Shown here: positions 63,324 through 64,000 of the stretch, one piece after another
Layout of the letters: each line of letters opens with the position of its first letter
How positions within the stretch are numbered: the stretch's first letter is position 1
DNA from: Heptranchias perlo
Taxonomy: Eukaryota
Reading direction: 5' to 3'
DNA: 64,000 bases
Assembly: GCF_035084215.1 (NCBI RefSeq)
Contig: NC_090331.1
Location: 72,044,001 to 72,108,000, forward strand
Made by a program: the position numbers and the translations under genes
Notes under the pieces: generated by a model
Databases searched by the model: none
The model's input: only the letters and a program-made list of their open reading frames with translations
Told to the model about the DNA's origin: nothing

Positions 63324-64000
63324 TGCCTTTCACACCACACTATCAAATTCTTTATTAGATACTTATCCAATTCTCTCTTTAATGATTCATCAATCCCTCA
63401 CTTAGCATTCAATTAGATTCAAACACCAGCCTCTGCCAAGTCAAATTGGAATTGTTTCTTCACCCTCTCTCTTCTCATGTTTCAGGCTCTGCCCCCTTGT
63501 TTCAGAATCTGTGTAACCCTTCACATGTTCCCAGGATTCCTCATCTTGTCTATTTATGATTCGTCTGACAAGTTTAGTGTCCTCCCTGTTCTTATATTCA
63601 TCCCTGTCCTTTGACCTTCTCATGGCTTTAAAGTTTAGAGAAACTCTTCGGTCTGCCTTACCCCTGGCAGTGCATCCTTGTTCCCCACAACAGTCTGCTT
63701 ATTTCGTTAGCGCATTTTGTTCAACTGCTACATAGGTCTTTTTTATTGAAAATAATGTGATCCCTGAAAATGTTCTACTTTTCTTCTGTAATCCTCCCTT
63801 CTAAAATATTATCAATATCACAATGTTCATTGCTCCTCAGAACTTTGCTCTCTTGTTCCTCCCAAGATCCTTTTTTGCTCTCCATCAACTCTGTCATCCT
63901 TTTAATCCCTCAAATTATTGTCATCAACTCTTTCAATCTCAGACGGGGCCTCGGTTTAACATTTTATTTGAAAGATGCCAACTCTGATAGTGCGGTACCA

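Larger units (their letters stand above)
7425..64000 (+). repeat. Tandem segmental array of gamma-crystallin gene units (basic unit ~8 kb, inflated by private insertions)
   Basis: The same order (promoter, 3 exons, 3' flank, CR1 in all but the first spacer, SINE) recurs. ATG-to-ATG spacings are 10849, 7903, 11249, 7445 and 9464 bp. Sequence upstream of ~7425 has no counterpart in the other units. Confidence 0.95.

Overview
Eukaryotic, vertebrate DNA. The repeat content (CR1/L2 LINEs, a Deu-domain SINE, Penelope, Harbinger) and the crystallin sequence point to a cartilaginous fish; this is an inference. The window holds the 5' edge of a head-to-tail tandem array of lens gamma-crystallin genes, all on the + strand. 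There are six apparently intact 3-exon genes (175 aa; ATG at 7719, 18568, 26471, 37720, 45165 and 54629) and one orphan, frameshifted exon-2 pseudogene (35672-35913). The window ends in the upstream spacer of a probable further copy. The ~8 kb repeat unit carries shared decayed elements. Single units carry private insertions: a two-gene Harbinger transposon, a Penelope 3' fragment with a hammerhead ribozyme motif, two solo LTRs that share only their 3' end, and LINE fragments. The strongest signals are near-zero synonymous divergence in exon 3 despite diverged flanks, patchwork shuffling in exon 2, and the hammerhead motif. I found no clearly new biological system. All family calls come from reading motifs by eye, with no database searches.
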